Assembly (NCBI RefSeq): GCF_000143415.4
Contig: NW_003314288.1
Coordinates: 758,642-822,641 of the forward strand
Direction: 5' to 3'
DNA from: Selaginella moellendorffii
Taxonomy: Eukaryota; Plantae; Lycopodiophyta
DNA: 64,000 nucleotides
Shown here: piece after piece, positions 24,201-37,757 of the stretch
Position numbering within the stretch: position 1 is the first letter of the stretch
Layout: each line of letters begins with the position of its first letter
Translations under genes and position numbers: made by a program
The notes under the pieces: generated by a model
Told to the model about the DNA's origin: nothing
Database searches by the model: none
Seen by the model: only the letters and a program-made list of their open reading frames with translations

Positions 24201-25126
24201 CAGAGTCCGAGATTTGGGATCGGGTCCGAGACCGAGTCCAAGGTCAAGTCTGAAGTCGAGTCCGAGATCAGGTCCGAGATCGAGTCTGAGATCAAGTCCA
24301 AGACCGAGTCCGAAGTCGGGTCCGAGATCGAGTCTAAGATCGAGTTCGAGACCGAGTCCAAGTACTAATATAGGTCAAGGGGTGAAAGCCCAAAGCGTGC
24401 GTCTTCCAGGGGGGGGGGCTGCAGGGGGTTCCAAAAGTATAGTAGGGATAATGAGGTCCAGGAACTAGTCTTGAAGGAACTCTCTAGTGGTGCTTCCAAA
24501 CTGACTTGAGGTTGAGACTGGGGCTGAGGGGCCTTGGGTGGGAGTGAGCATGGACTTGGGTGGTGCCGGAGGTGCCACCCAAGGAAGTGCTCAAGAGCAA
24601 CTCCCACTCCTGAAAGGGAAACCGACTGTGGTGCTCTCGGCTCATGTGGAGTGGTGCCCCACTTGAGTACCTTGTGGCTCATTGGTCCTTGCCCTTCCTA
24701 GGGGCTTGGGTCTTCCCTTCGGGATGGAAGTGGGGGGGTAGAGGTACCCATACCAGGCCGTTAGGCCACAGTGTTTCGCCCCGATATCCCGAAGCAAGTG
24801 TTGCTAGAAAGTCCCATGATCAAGTCTTGTTGTACCAAGGGATGTTAGGAATCTAGAGGTTTGGTGTGCTTGGCTGCTTGAGCCTGTGGGGAGTGTAGCT
24901 GAACTTTAAGTCTAGTTTAACCCAGGGAGGGGGATTGGGAGAGATTTAGGAATCCATGGATGGATGGCTAATGCTCCGTTGCTCATGCAATAAGTAGCTA
25001 AAACCAAGTAAGAACTGGTACAATAAGTGGGAACCTTGGCGAGGGAACTTATCAAAAGCCAAGGCAATGTTGGTTGGATAGACGAGGTAAGCTGACAAAT
25101 TGGAAAGGAAAAATTTGTGGCTTACA
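18240..25126 (+). mobile_element. Degenerate Ty3/gypsy chromovirus; LTRs diverged and no TSD (probable recombinant)
   Basis: LTRs 18240-18973 and 24420-25126 (TG...CA); iMet-like PBS tggtattggagcc at ~18977; G-run PPT ~24409-24418; gag, PR (LIDTGA), RT (YIDD), RH, INT, chromodomain (~23404-23570), all with many stops. Confidence 0.93.
24088..24362. repeat. Tandem array of degenerate 12-bp units (gagtccgaga(c/t)c)
   Basis: About 22 copies visible; source of the spurious SE/ET-rich ORFs at 24059-24468. Confidence 0.9.
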
Positions 25127-28100
25127 ATGTATGGCATGATGAGTACCTTGCATGAGCGTGTTGAGGCACTCCAAGCTGGTTCTGGTGGCACTCCAAGTAA
25201 GCCTTCCTTCGTGGATCGATTCAAGATTCCAACCTTTTTCAGTGATGGTGGTGTGGATGAGTGTCTAGTTTGACTAGCCAATGGGAAGAAGTTTTTGGCT
25301 GCTAGAAGAATTCCAAATGCAGAGGCTTTAGTGGCTATTCCAATAGTTTTGTGTGATGTGGGTCTTCGGTGGTGGAATTGGCTTGAGGAGTTTTGTGTTG
25401 CGGATAAAAAATCATTAGTGTCTACGATGGATGAGTTTGAGGCTGCTTTCTATTTACGTTTTGCCCTTCACTATGACATAAAGAATGTTTACACCAAACG
25501 TTGACATTTTCAGCAAGGGAAAATGAAGCTTGGGGACTATATTGAGAAGCTAACTCGCTTGATTAGCCATGTTCTAATGAAGGATCCAGATCAGAATAAG
25601 TTCTACTTCATTGATGGCCTTTATAGTGAGACCATGTAGCAACACTTGCGTCATTCTCAGCCTACAAAGAGTTTGGAGGAGCTCTTTGATGTTGCTCATC
25701 AACTTGACAATGACAAATATAAGTCTCACTAGCATTCGAGGAGTCCTTTTGTTGAGAATCGTTGTGATGATCATTGTGGACACAAGGATGGGAATAAACA
25801 TCACAAGCTGAAGTCTATGGTGGCTACTTCAGGTATAGAAGCAGAAATTTTTTGTGAAGAATTATAGACAAGGTTGTCATCATTGTGGCAAGCTGGGACA
25901 CTACAAGGCTGATTGTCCACAGTGAAGAGCAAATAACATGGCAACAAGAATGGCCAATCTTTTACTAATGGTAAGTCAAATATTAAGAAGTTGCAAACTT
26001 TGCAACACAAGGATGACAGGGATAACCATTCTGGTTGGAGGAAGAGGCTTTCCATTGTTGCTCATCAACTTAACTGTGTATGGAACAAGGTTAAGAACAC
26101 TTGTGCATCAGCTTTAATGCTGGAGGGCATATTCTGTGGCGGTCCAATGTAGATTTTACTGGACAGTGGGAGCGATGAGAACTTTGTTTCCACAAAATTT
26201 GTTGAGGAGTATGGCCTGGTGACACAAGGAGTACTTCCATACACAATGGAAGGTGCAGGTACCTCTATTTAGCATTTCGATATATGTGTAGAAAGGCTAG
26301 AAGTGTTGGTTGGCAAAACCACACCTGTGGAGACTTTTTATTTCACGGATCTCCATTCTGTGGATCTTATTCTTGGGATGCCATGGTTAATGAAGGTGGA
26401 TCCGGAGATAAAATGGAGTATTAAACGTGTCTCGTTGGAGTACGGTGGCATTAAAGATATATGGTTTGGAGAGGGAGTTCAACCTCTAGTTGTTATAGTC
26501 TCCACTACATCTTTGAAGCGGGCTTGTTGTAATGGAAAAACACTTTCAAATTACTTGTTGTTTATTCATGAATTGAGGGACCAAGCCACATGTGGAGGAG
26601 AGGCAATAGTGCAGACTATACTCGAAGAGTTCTCTAATGTTTTTCCCTCTAAACTTCCTCATGGATTGCCTTCATTACAAGGTGTGGAGCATGAGATTAC
26701 ATTGGAGCCGGGGACGCGGCCAATTTACTAGTGTCCATTTTAGTTGAGTTACATTAAGTGATATCTAACTATGATCTAAATGATCTAAAACAAAACAATC
26801 TATACATATATGCTTAAGAGCAAGAAGTTCAACAAGTTAAGGAGTTACTTGATTTTGGATTTATTCAACCAAGTAAGTCTTCATTTGGTGCTCCAGTCTT
26901 GTTTGTGAAGAAGAAGGACGGTTCAATGAAGATGTGTATTGACTATCATGCTTTAAACAAAAAGACTGTGAAGGGCAAAATGCCCATGCTGCATGTGAAT
27001 AATATCTTAGACAAGTTTGGTGAAGCACAAGTGTTTACTAAGATTGATATGACGAGTGGATATCATTAAATTGCAATGGATGATGCATCTATCTCCAAGA
27101 TGGCATTCAACATGAGTTTCAATCATTTTGAGTTTACGGTTATGCTATTTGGTTTGACGAATGCATCAGCCACATTTACTTGGTTGATGATAGAGGTCTT
27201 TAGGCATTATTTTTATGAGTTTGTGGAGATTTTGTGATGATATTTTTGTTTTCAGCAAGAATATAGAGGAGCACAAGGTGCATTTACACAAGGTTCATTT
27301 GTTACTCCATGACGACAAACATTAGGTGAAAAAGAGCAAATGTGAGTTTGCAAAGTTGGAAGTGGAATATCTAGGCTATATTATAACATCCAAAGGTGTC
27401 AAGATGGATCCAAAGAAGGTGGCTATGGTGGAGAACTGACTTACACTGACTTCAGTGGCTGAGTTATGTAGTTTCTTTGGTATGGCTAGTTACTACTGAC
27501 ATTTTCAACATAAGTTTGTAGAGATGGCTATTCCTTTGACACAATTGTTGCACAAGAATGTGCCATTCGAGTGGAAGAAGCCACATGAGGATAGTTTTGT
27601 GGCATTGAAATAGTTATTAAGCGAGGCTCCAATGCTTTGTATTACTGATCTATCAAAACTTTATGAGGTGACATGTGATGTGAGTGGTTATGCACTGGGA
27701 GGAGTTCTCATGCAAGAGGGACAGCCTATTGCATATGAGAGTTGAACTTTGAATCCCACGGAGCATCACTATTCCATATATGAGCAAGAGTTACTCTCCA
27801 ATGTTCATCCTTTGTAGACATGGCGGCATTATCTTTATGGTGCAGTAGTCACGGTGTTGACGGATCATAAACCCCTTGTATATCTTTTCACACAAAAGGA
27901 GTTGAATACTAGACAAGCTTGTTGGATGGTCAAACTCATGGAGTTTAGGGAACATTATCCGGGAAAATCAAATATAGTGGCAGATGCTTTATTTTGTATT
28001 TGCCATGTAATGGCATTACAAATATGGTTTTGTCATCATTTGAGTAAGGTGGTTAGTAAGTTTGGGCAGTTGGTTGAGCATGCTTAAACTTAGGATGTTG

Positions 28101-28450
28101 AGGTGGTCTTGTTGCAAGCCCAGATAGAAGCACCTTTCTCATTGGTGGATGGAATTCTTTACTACAATGGCCATGTGTATTTACCATAGTTGGATGCGTT
28201 AATTACTTAGGTTTTATTGCACTATCATGATCGTCCAAAGGCCAGTCATTTTGGGGGGAAGAAGACATATGAGTTGATTAAGCACAATTTTTATTGGAGG
28301 AATATAAAAGTTGATATCCTTGAGTACTGTAACTCATATGAACTCTGTTAGTGGGTAAAGGTGCCACGAGAGAAGCCAAAGGGACTTTTGCAACTTTTAC
28401 CTATTCCTTAGAGCCATTGGTGTAGTATATCTATAGACTTCATCCTATGC
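25127..28450 (+). mobile_element. Truncated, heavily decayed Ty3/gypsy internal region (gag-PR-RT-RH-INT start)
   Basis: FKIPTFFSDG (gag), LLDSGS (~26155), [34 protein letters not shown]...HFGGKKT; no LTRs seen. Confidence 0.88.
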
Positions 28451-28500
28451 AAACTATGTTTCTCATACATGAAAAGTGTATCCATCTTGTAGTTTCTTTT

Positions 28501-29975
28501 CTAAATAGAAGACAAGTGCCTGAGGTTGTACATATCGAAGTACAAACCAAAGAAGCAGATCAATGAATCTCCCCGCAAGGCGTCAATCAGTAGTCGAATG
28601 AGGCAAGCAGCACATACTTGATACTCTTCCAGCTGATCCACTTTCCTGTAACCAATGGTGCTACCATTGCTCACCAGGTACCAGCCCACGCTGTCCCATG
28701 CCTCGACAAGATATTCCATGACCCTTTGTCCCATGTTTACTGGCTCTCGGATCTCCAGTGCGTTGAACTTTGAGACCTTGCCAAGATCAAGCTCGATCCA
28801 GCCGGTCGACTCCCCTTGCATTGGAGCCCAGAAAGTTTCCATACGCTCGTCAAGGATTTGCTTCGGCCCGAACAAAGAGCTGCAAGCGCTGCTTGCTGTC
28901 ACGGACAAGGGATTCGCTGCTAAGTTGACGCTGAAGATGGAATCTATGGTGGAGCTAAACCGCTCCAGCGTCTGGAAGTCAGATTCGTTGATCAGTCCCA
29001 ACGAGTTTGGAGGGACGTTGAGCAGGAGCAAGCAGTTCCTGGCGGATGATTTGTAGAATACATCGAGCAGCTGCTCCAGGGATTTTGGAGCCTCGTTCCT
29101 GTGCCAAAACCAACCGGGCCTGATGGAGATATCGCACTCTGGAGGGAGCCAGTCGGTTCCAGCACTCTCTCAAGACATCAAGTACCTGTTGATGTTGCGA
29201 ATTGGATCCAGTTTCACGAGAACAAAAGTCTCATGGAAGGATGGATTTTACGTACTGGCCATTGCTCCTGCTGATCATAATGGAAGATCTGTTCACCATC
29301 GCCCAGCATGGTTGTCCGGCCTCACCATACTCGTTCCCAACCCATCGGATGTCAGGGCTAGCATCTGAAAAGATGTTTGCACCGGGGATGAATCGTGTCA
29401 AACCAGAGCTCAAAATCGTAGCTCATGTTCACTGCAGTGGGTGATTTCGCACCATCCAGCCACACCTCGGAGATCGGCCCATATCTGCACGCAAAACAAA
29501 ATGCCGCGTCAAGGCATCTGCTGCTAGAGATGAAAACTACAAAAGCCCACAAGCTCGCGAGCTCCTAATGCTAAAACCGTTTGATGGACTGGAGGAAATG
29601 CAAACATATCACACAGTGATCATGCCACCAAGAAAAATGCGTGAAGAAGAAGCAAATAATGTCTCACTCACCCAGTAAGAAGCTCTCGGTAGAACTCGTT
29701 GTAGAGAAGAGTGTCGCCATAGCAGCTCTCGTGCAAATCCCATGGCGAGAGGTAAAAGCCCACGTCCAATCCACGCTCCCTGGCGGCGGCCACGAACTCG
29801 GCCACCACATCCCCCTTCCCTCCTCGCCAAGAGCTGCTAGCCACGGAGAAATTGGTGTAGGCCGAGGGCCACAGGCAGAACCCGTCGTGGTGCTTGACCG
29901 TGAGGATCACGAGCTGCGCGCCTGCGGATTGGGCCGCGTCCATCCACTGCGACGCTTGTGCCACCGTGGCTGTGC
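28501..29975 (-). pseudogene. Alpha-L-fucosidase (GH29, plant FUC1-like, with C-terminal F5/8-type domain) pseudogene, 5'-truncated
   Basis: ILTVKHHDGFCLWPS, YLSPWD, EVWLDGAK, DIRWVGNE, ECDISIRPGWFWH, LLLNVPPN, TIGYRK; frameshift near 29385, in-frame stop near 29171, N-terminus missing. Confidence 0.92.
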
Positions 29976-30115
29976 TTGCTATGGGCCATTGGTGGTGTAA
30001 CTTTGGCCCTAGCTATATGGTTATAGATACCACAGCCAAGGACAACATCATTGGCAATCAAGGTTGCCAGTGGTTGTGGTAAGCTTGGCAAAACATTATC
30101 TTTTATGTTGAGAAA

Positions 30116-32413
30116 GGACCAATTCGCACATTTATTTAGTGAAAAAAAACTTAAGCGACCCACTTTAAAAATTAAGAAAGTTGGGTTCGCACATTGAAAA
30201 AATTTGTTTATAAGGACTTTTGCATTCACACATGTCTTAGATTTAAGTGGAAAAACACCCTCGGATTCGCACTTTAAAACAATGCATTCGAACACTTAAA
30301 ATTCACTTAATTCAAATTTTGAAATTTCAAATTCAAATTCAAATGTTTAGAATTATATCCCAGGAAATTTCAAAGCAAACACGACCACTAGCAAAGACAG
30401 AGGGAAAACGTGAGGTTCTCTCTAACCTCTTTTGCATCCTCTGGACTGTGCAACTCCTCACGAGGCTCCCCTTCCGCTTGCTCACGATCACCGTAATCGA
30501 CAAAGAGGTCCTGGTCCTTGAGCCTTTTCACCTCTTTCCTCCAAGCTTGGATCTCCGCCCAAAGAACAGTCTCCCCAACATCAATCAAGAAATTGTGCAA
30601 GATGCAACAACTCTTGATGATGTTGGGAAGGTACTTGGGCTGGATCCTTTGTTTTTGATCCAAGCATCTGAACTTCATTTTAAGAAGTCCAAATGCTTGC
30701 TCAATAACAATCCGAGCAAGGTGGTGATGAAGGTGGAAAGCTGCCTTGGATGGTGTCGGGTTCGGAGCTGAGCAACAACCAAAACAAGTGAACAAAAGAA
30801 AGTAGAATGAAGAAGACTTACTTGTGTGTGGAATCTGGAGTTGGTACCCTTTGTCCCCCACTAGGTATGGCTTGATCCTATCACCATATGCTAACACCGC
30901 GAGCGATGTCAGCAGCTCCCTTGCTACAATCTTGTTCCCGAGGGTTGAATTACGAAAAACCCTAATGTCGTGGACGCGTCCTGAAAGCAAAAAGAACATT
31001 TTAGAACCATCCACAACACACAGAGAAACATACCTGGCCACCCAGCGTAGACACTGAGGAACCTCTTCTGGGCATCACAAACCCCTTGCAAGATGACCGA
31101 GTACCACTGCTTCCAGTCGTAGTAGCTCTCGCCGTCCAGTCTAGTAGTCGATCGCCCCAGCAACATTAGGCAGTCGGGTTCCTATTGGTCATCAAAACTT
31201 ATAACAATCCAAAAAACATAACAAAATGTACCTGTCACTTGTCGAAAGCCAGCAGTAACAGCTCAAAGCTCCTTGGCGGTTGAAGGAAAATGAATCTTGT
31301 ACCTGAGACACTTGACAATCACCACAGTAGTGTCCATGACAATCTCATGAGCTGTGGATTCCCTGATGCCGAACTTGTCCGCCAGATCCAAGTAATCTGT
31401 GTTCTTGAAAAGCCTGTACAAAGTCACCCCCAGTCGAACATCCACCGGCACCACACTCCTCCAACCGGTGTCTTGCTTCCGGATCTTGCTCTCCAGCATG
31501 CCACAAATGGTGAAGAAGGTCCTCTTCTCCATCTGAAGTTTCCTCTTCCACCTCCCCACATCGTAATACTCCAAAGAAAACTTACTCCAGGTGGTGACAT
31601 TTCGAGGCTTCACCCACCACAGGCCGATGCAAAACCTCCTCCCAATCACAGCCCGACAAACCTCAAGTTCACGGTCTTCTTCCTCAGGCAGCACTTGGAG
31701 ACCGGGGCTCTTGTCATCCGCAATGTGCATGAAAGCTTGCACAGCAAGCAACAAAACCTAATTGAAGAAAAGGGTTCTCTTCGCAGCAGCAGGTGCAGCA
31801 AACTGGACAGCCTCGTGGTCGAGCTCCTCCTCCTCCCGGGGCACCCCCTCCTCGAGCCGCCTCATAACCATAGCCTAATCCTCCCGGGGCCAGATTCAGA
31901 GATCCGCGGCCAACCCCGGCCACCCGCCCCCTCCTCTCACTCCAACCTCTCCCTCCATGTCTTCCTCCTCCTGTTGGTGAAGATAGAGCACGAGCAGGCC
32001 CAGATCCAGCTCGATCGGCCCCATTTCCCAGAGCTCTGTTTCCTCTTCCAACCCTAAAATCGAATTACCTGCTTCCTCCACCTCCTCATAAATCTCCGCG
32101 GCTGCTGCCATGTTTTAATTCTCGGGCCGCGCCGCGAGATCAGAACTTCTTCGCAGGCACGCCAAACCCTAACTTAACAATCTTCTTGAATATTTCCGGA
32201 ATAATTTTTAACTTCCCTTAAAATAAAATGCCAACACTTTAGATTTAAATTACTTAAGAATCCTCCCTTTTTTTTTGTGCGAATCCAAAATACTAATAAT
32301 TTTCCCATAAAAAATAAGGGTAAGTACATTACTTTAGCTTAAGTTATTGTGCAAATAGGGAAAATGTAAATTTTGAACTTTAATTTTCGGGTAACTCATG
32401 TGTGAATTGGTCC
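30116..32413 (-). mobile_element. PIF/Harbinger DNA transposon with decayed HARBI1-like DDE transposase
   Basis: TIRs ggaccaattcgcacat (30116-30131) and atgtgtgaattggtcc (32398-32413), 15/16 match; subterminal ttcgcac repeats; spliced transposase ~30388-31760 (KFGIRESTAHEIV, SVILQGVCD, GWPG/RVHD, LVGDKGY, ARIVIEQAFGLLKMKFRCL, CCILHNF); TSD not clean. Confidence 0.9.
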
Positions 32414-32649
32414 AGAGCTAAACTCTTATACACATCTCTAAACATGCTCATTTAATTAACTATCAATGAATGGCCAAGATATCTTTACTAGCACTCCCCC
32501 ACTAGTTTTCTTTTGAAAATTAAAAAACTAGAAGTAAAGAAGATATTATCAAACACTATTTTTTCAATGTTTGTTTTTTTTCTTATTTTCTACTATTAAT
32601 TAACTTACAACTCAATCACACAATATTTGGAGCTGGAAGAATTGAATCC

Positions 32650-35600
32650 ACATATCATTCTTGGGATGATACTCAACGTTTGCATAAGTTTCCCACGTGT
32701 CTCCAAGGGATGGTGTTGCAGTGGTACAATGGTTTGAGCGCAATTACTTATGGGGATTGAAATGTTCTCTTGAACATCTTCAAACGTGCCTTCACACATG
32801 CCGACGACTGTGATGATGCCTTCCAACAATAGCATCGTCTTAGCCAAAGGCCATTTGAGTTGGTGATGCAATTTGGCGTTCGTTTTCAAAGCCTTTTACT
32901 TCATGTGGAGCTAAATATATCGGAGTGGATCAAGTTAAAAATGTTGTGGCCAGCACTTCGTCAAAATCTTGTCGGACTTGTGTATGCACTTGCTTTTGCC
33001 ACCCTTGACGATGCTCTTTGCTTGCACAACGTTATGAGACATTACCTCTTCCACTTCTCGCTACATGTCCTTCAGCTCCACTTCCTATGAGTGATGGTCC
33101 TGTTCCAATGGAGGTTGATGCTGCTGCTACGCGAGTCCAATGACAAGAGCGAGGACATGGTCGTGGTCATGGTGTTCGCTACTGGGCGTGTGATGAAGTT
33201 GGTCATACTTATCAGCATAGTCGGCATTTTCCGGATTGGCAATCTCCATTTCTCGGGTGGAGACCTTAGCATCAGCAACATCTCATTAGTGCTACTGTAG
33301 TAGACAGTTTGGACACCGAGATGCATCCGAGAAACGAGGATTCACACGAGTAATGGAGGGACCTTTGCGCGAATAAGTTAGTGATCCTTCCATCGTTCTT
33401 TCGAGAGTATTATGAAGGGGTTCACTTGGCACCAGTTCATCCAATGTTTACTTTCCAAGTTTGTTTTTATAACAAAAGGTCTCTTACTATTCTCTCCGTG
33501 TTGGTTGATACATGTTCGAGTTTATCTTCTATTGCTTGACCGGATGCCACACCTTGCCGTCTACACTTGCATCATGCGGCGGAACTAGTTTTCATTCTTT
33601 ATGACAACGATTGTACATATGCATGTGCACGAGATGAGGTAGACTTGGTTGTGCGTGTGGGCAATCTCAAGTTTGAGTTGCAATCATTGCAGGTGGTGCC
33701 AAGTCAAGCTTTTGACTTCATTCTTGGTATGGATTGGTTGTAGTGCAATCATGCCAAGTGTGACTTTGAGGCTTCTCCCCTTTGTCTCATACTTATGTTT
33801 CATCCATTCTTCTCAATTCTGTACCTCTTTGTCCTTTTACTTCTACCTCTGCTTCCATTACTTTTGTTCCCCCATTATTTCCTCCTATGTTTCCATCTTA
33901 TTCTGCTCTTCCCTTTTTCGATCCCTCCGACAATCTTTGTGTTGTAGTTGTTGACCAGCTCATGAAGAAGTATTCTGATCTCTTTGAATTTCACCTATCA
34001 TCTAGGGCCAAGATTGCCACACGTCATCCGATTCTAACTGGGGATGCTTGTCCAACCAAGGTTCCGGTTCATCATCAGTCACCCAAGGAGATCAAAATTT
34101 TACGTGCAAACGTCAAGGAGATGTTGGAGAAGGGTGTTATTTGAAAGTCACGGAGTCTTTGGGCATGTGAACCTCATCTTATGACAAAGCCTGATGGGAG
34201 TATTTGTTTCTGCATCGACTATCATCCATTAAATGAAGTGACAATCCCAGATGTGTACCTCTTCCTTACACTGCTGATCTTTTGGATCATCTAGGGCGAA
34301 GTCATTGGTTCAACAAGATAGATCTTGTTTTTGGGTACTGGCAAGTACCGATGGCCGAAGAAGATATTCCTAAGACTGCTTTTCGTACACCATTTGGTTT
34401 GTACAAGTTCTTGGTGATGCCATTTGGTTTGAACAATGCTCCAGCAACTTTTCAGCGGATGATGGACAAAATTCTTTGCGATATGCTAGAGGTGATTGCT
34501 AACTTTATTGATGATATCTTGATCCACTTGGAGGGGACATGGGAAGAGCATGTTTGTGATGTTTATAAAGTGTTGGATCGGCTATGTGACGTTGGTTTAA
34601 AGCTAAAGTGGTCGAAGTGCGTGTTTGGGTCCAAGGATAGAACTTATCTTGGGTACCGTATTTCACGTGAAGGTTTGCAAGTTGATCCTAACAAACTTGT
34701 GGCTATTCTAAAATTCCCTACTCCGAAGTGTGTAAATGCTTTGCAGCGCTTCTTGGGCAAAGTGCAGTATCTTGGTCATTTTGTGGATTATCTTTCTAAT
34801 TGCACTACACTGTTGCGAGTGTTGCTAAAGTCATTAACATCATCTTTCAATTGGTTTCCGGATTATGAGCGGGCATTCATGGATCTCAAAGAGCTATTGA
34901 CGACTCCTCTGATTTTGGCATATCTTAACTACACTCGACTTTTTATTTTGCGGGTGGATGTTTTTTACATTGGTTTTGGAAGTGTGTTGATGCAAGAGAA
35001 CTCAAGTGTGCCTAGTCAGCACCATCCCATTGCGTATATAAGCCGTACATTACAACTAGTGGAGATGAACTACTCCACAATAGAGAAGGAGTGTTTAGCA
35101 GAAGTCTGGTTCTCGGACGTTACTTGAAGGTGACCATGCTACTATTACTTCATTATTGAAATGGAAGAACCTAATTGGTCATACTACTCGATGTGCTTTG
35201 AAGCTTCAGATATATAATTTTGATGTTGTTCATCGCCAAGGGAGTGTTATACCTGATGCTGATGCCCTTTTTTGAGCTCCTCTTCTTTCTCCACTCTCTT
35301 CTCACATTTCTAACAAGCCTGTTATTCCAGCATTTGTGGATTTTCTAATCGAGGATTATGTGTTGTCAACGGTTGCTATATTTGACGTTCAGTGTCCACA
35401 AGGCGCAGAGCAAGATCTACCTTCTCTTGATAAAGTTTGCAAGGCTCAAAAGATTAAGCTGTGGATTCGAAGGCTTCGAAATGAGTTTGAAAATCCTACA
35501 TCACTTGCTAATGACTTGCCTTTCTGACATTTACATTTTCAATATCACCTTGAAGGCGGCCTTCTTTATTTAATAGGGACTAATCCTAATGATAATTTAT

Positions 35601-36760
35601 GGCTGGTGGTGCCTTTTGTCTTTATTCCACGGTTTCTCCATGCCTACCATGATTCACCTATTTTAAGTGGGCATATGGGACATTATCATGTAACTGAGAA
35701 GCTGCACAGGTCTTTTTATTGGCTAGAGATACGACGTGATATTATCCGGTATATGCATAGTTACATTTGGTACCAAGCTCATAATACTCCTCCTCGTGCT
35801 AAAGGACGGTTGGAGTCAATTTCAATTTCAATTTCAAAGTCCATTTGAGTTGGTTGCATTTGATCTTATAGGAACTTTTCCACGATTGACTGCTGGCAAT
35901 GAGTATGTTATTATTGCTTTTGATTACTTGACTTGTTAGGTGGAAGTTGGTGCTCTTGCTAGCGCCTCTGCAACTATTGTTGGATACTTCTTAATCGAGT
36001 GGTGTTCCAACATTCTTGTTTAGAGTGGATTCTTTCGGATAATGGTCCCACATTTATGGCTAAGGCATTTCATGTTTTGAAGTCTCGGTTGGGGATGCAC
36101 CACACTTTTATGAGTGCTTATCATCCACAATCAGACGGTCTAGTGGAACGGCTCGTTTGGATGTTCAAAGGGATGATCGCGAAGTATGTGAACTTTCAGC
36201 ATTCAGATTGGGATGGTTATTTGCCATCTCTTCGGTATGTATATGTCACAGGGGTGTAGAGTTTTGTTGATGCTTCACCATATAAACTCCTATATGGTCT
36301 TGATCTAGTATTACCAATGGAGCTAGATTTACCTTTGCGATTGCCACAAGTTGCCAATGCTAGGTCTTGGGACCAGTATTTGACAAGCATCTTGCCACTT
36401 GTTTGAGCAGAGTCTATTAAACACTTAGGCCAAGTACAAGTCAGAAAACAATGGCGCTACAACTCCCATCATCGTCCACCTGCAAAGTACAAAGTGGATG
36501 ACTTGGTGTTGGTCTATTTTCCCCACCTTACGATACGTAATTTATCTCAGGGGCTCCTTGCTCAGTGAAAAGGACCGTATCGGGTGTTGTGGCAAGTGGA
36601 ACCACAAGTTTATGAGGTTCGGCATAACATCCAGTAGGTTGATCCTCCAGAGATTGTGCATGTGCAACAGTTTAAACACTTCATACAAACAGATCAGGAG
36701 CAGATAATACCACCTATAGATCTGCTAATGCCTTCTCCTGATGTTCCTCCGGATCCCAGC
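32650..36760 (+). mobile_element. Degenerate Ty3/gypsy internal region (no chromodomain seen)
   Basis: Gag knuckle remnant ~33290; RT/RH ORF 34282-35127 (GYWQVPM...KTAFRTPFG...MPFGLNNAPATFQR...FIDDIL); INT (HDSP..GHMG, LSDNGPTF, YHPQSDGLVER). Confidence 0.9.
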
Positions 36761-36764
36761 CCAT

Positions 36765-37752
36765 CTATTACTGCATGCACTTAACTGTAGGTAGTCTTCA
36801 GTTCTTCAATATAATCTACTAACTAAAAGATATCGATACACTCAATATACAAAAATAAACCACACTCTACACAAATTAAATAAAAAATGCTCTTCATAGG
36901 GCCAAAAGCTTTAGGGTATCAGTTTCATGCAGAACACTTTCGCAAATGACTCTCACCCGGGGCCCACACACAAGAGTCCTTGGGTGGTGGTAAGACCTCA
37001 CAAGGCCTCACGTACTTATATTCACCCTCGGCTTCTGGCTGCTCCGCAACATACCTTACCACACCATCTTCAGATTTTCAAGTAAACGATTGGCTACGTT
37101 TTTCAACAGAGCTTGGAGGTGCTGAAAGCGGCATTAAGTTCATGGAAGATTGATCTTGATTTGGATTGTATGGATCTCTAAATTTTGAAACTTGAGTTTA
37201 TTTTTCTTCTATGTTGCCAAAATAAATGGTGTCAAACTTGCTTTTGCAGACTATCTCTAGTACTTCTGGATGCAATCAAGGCCTGCTGCTCATTGCTTCA
37301 AAGGAGGAGATGATAATTGATCCCCAAAGAGCGAGCTTGATGGTGTTGTTGCTTTCATCAAGTTATCATTCCGCTGCGATCTGAAACACCACATCGTCCA
37401 CTGTACTTTCACAGGTTTCGAGACAGGTACCCGGGAAAGGTGTATTCCATTGTTGTTCCTCAGGACCTGGACTTGTTTTGTCGCCTCAAGTGTGAGCTGA
37501 TCAAGATGAGGGAGAAGCTTGCAATGGTGGAAGCATGGGATTGAGCAAGGTTGCAGATTCAGTATTAGGATGATTTCTTCTACAACTATGATGAGTGGGA
37601 CAGCTTTGTGGATCTTTCCACATTGAGAACATCAAGCAGAGAGTGTTGTAGCATAAGTTATCTCCTGGAGAAATGGTCCTAGCTCAAGGAGCAGTTTGCA
37701 CGCATCCACACGTCAAGATCATTGGAGAGCTCAACTGGAAGATGGAAAAAAA
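36765..37752 (+). repeat. Inverted duplicate of ~55353-56515 (gene-like sequence of unknown function), with an internal ~160-bp deletion
   Basis: Long stretches read as the reverse complement of 55353-56515, e.g. gttgttcctcaggacctggacttgttttg. Confidence 0.9.
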
Positions 37753-37757
37753 CCACC

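Noticed and set aside
24059-24468. ORFs rich in SE/ET/SP
   Set aside because: Translations of the 12-bp tandem array in several frames.
31290-32057. 255-aa plus-strand ORF
   Set aside because: Antisense shadow of the GC-rich Harbinger transposase region; no recognisable motifs.
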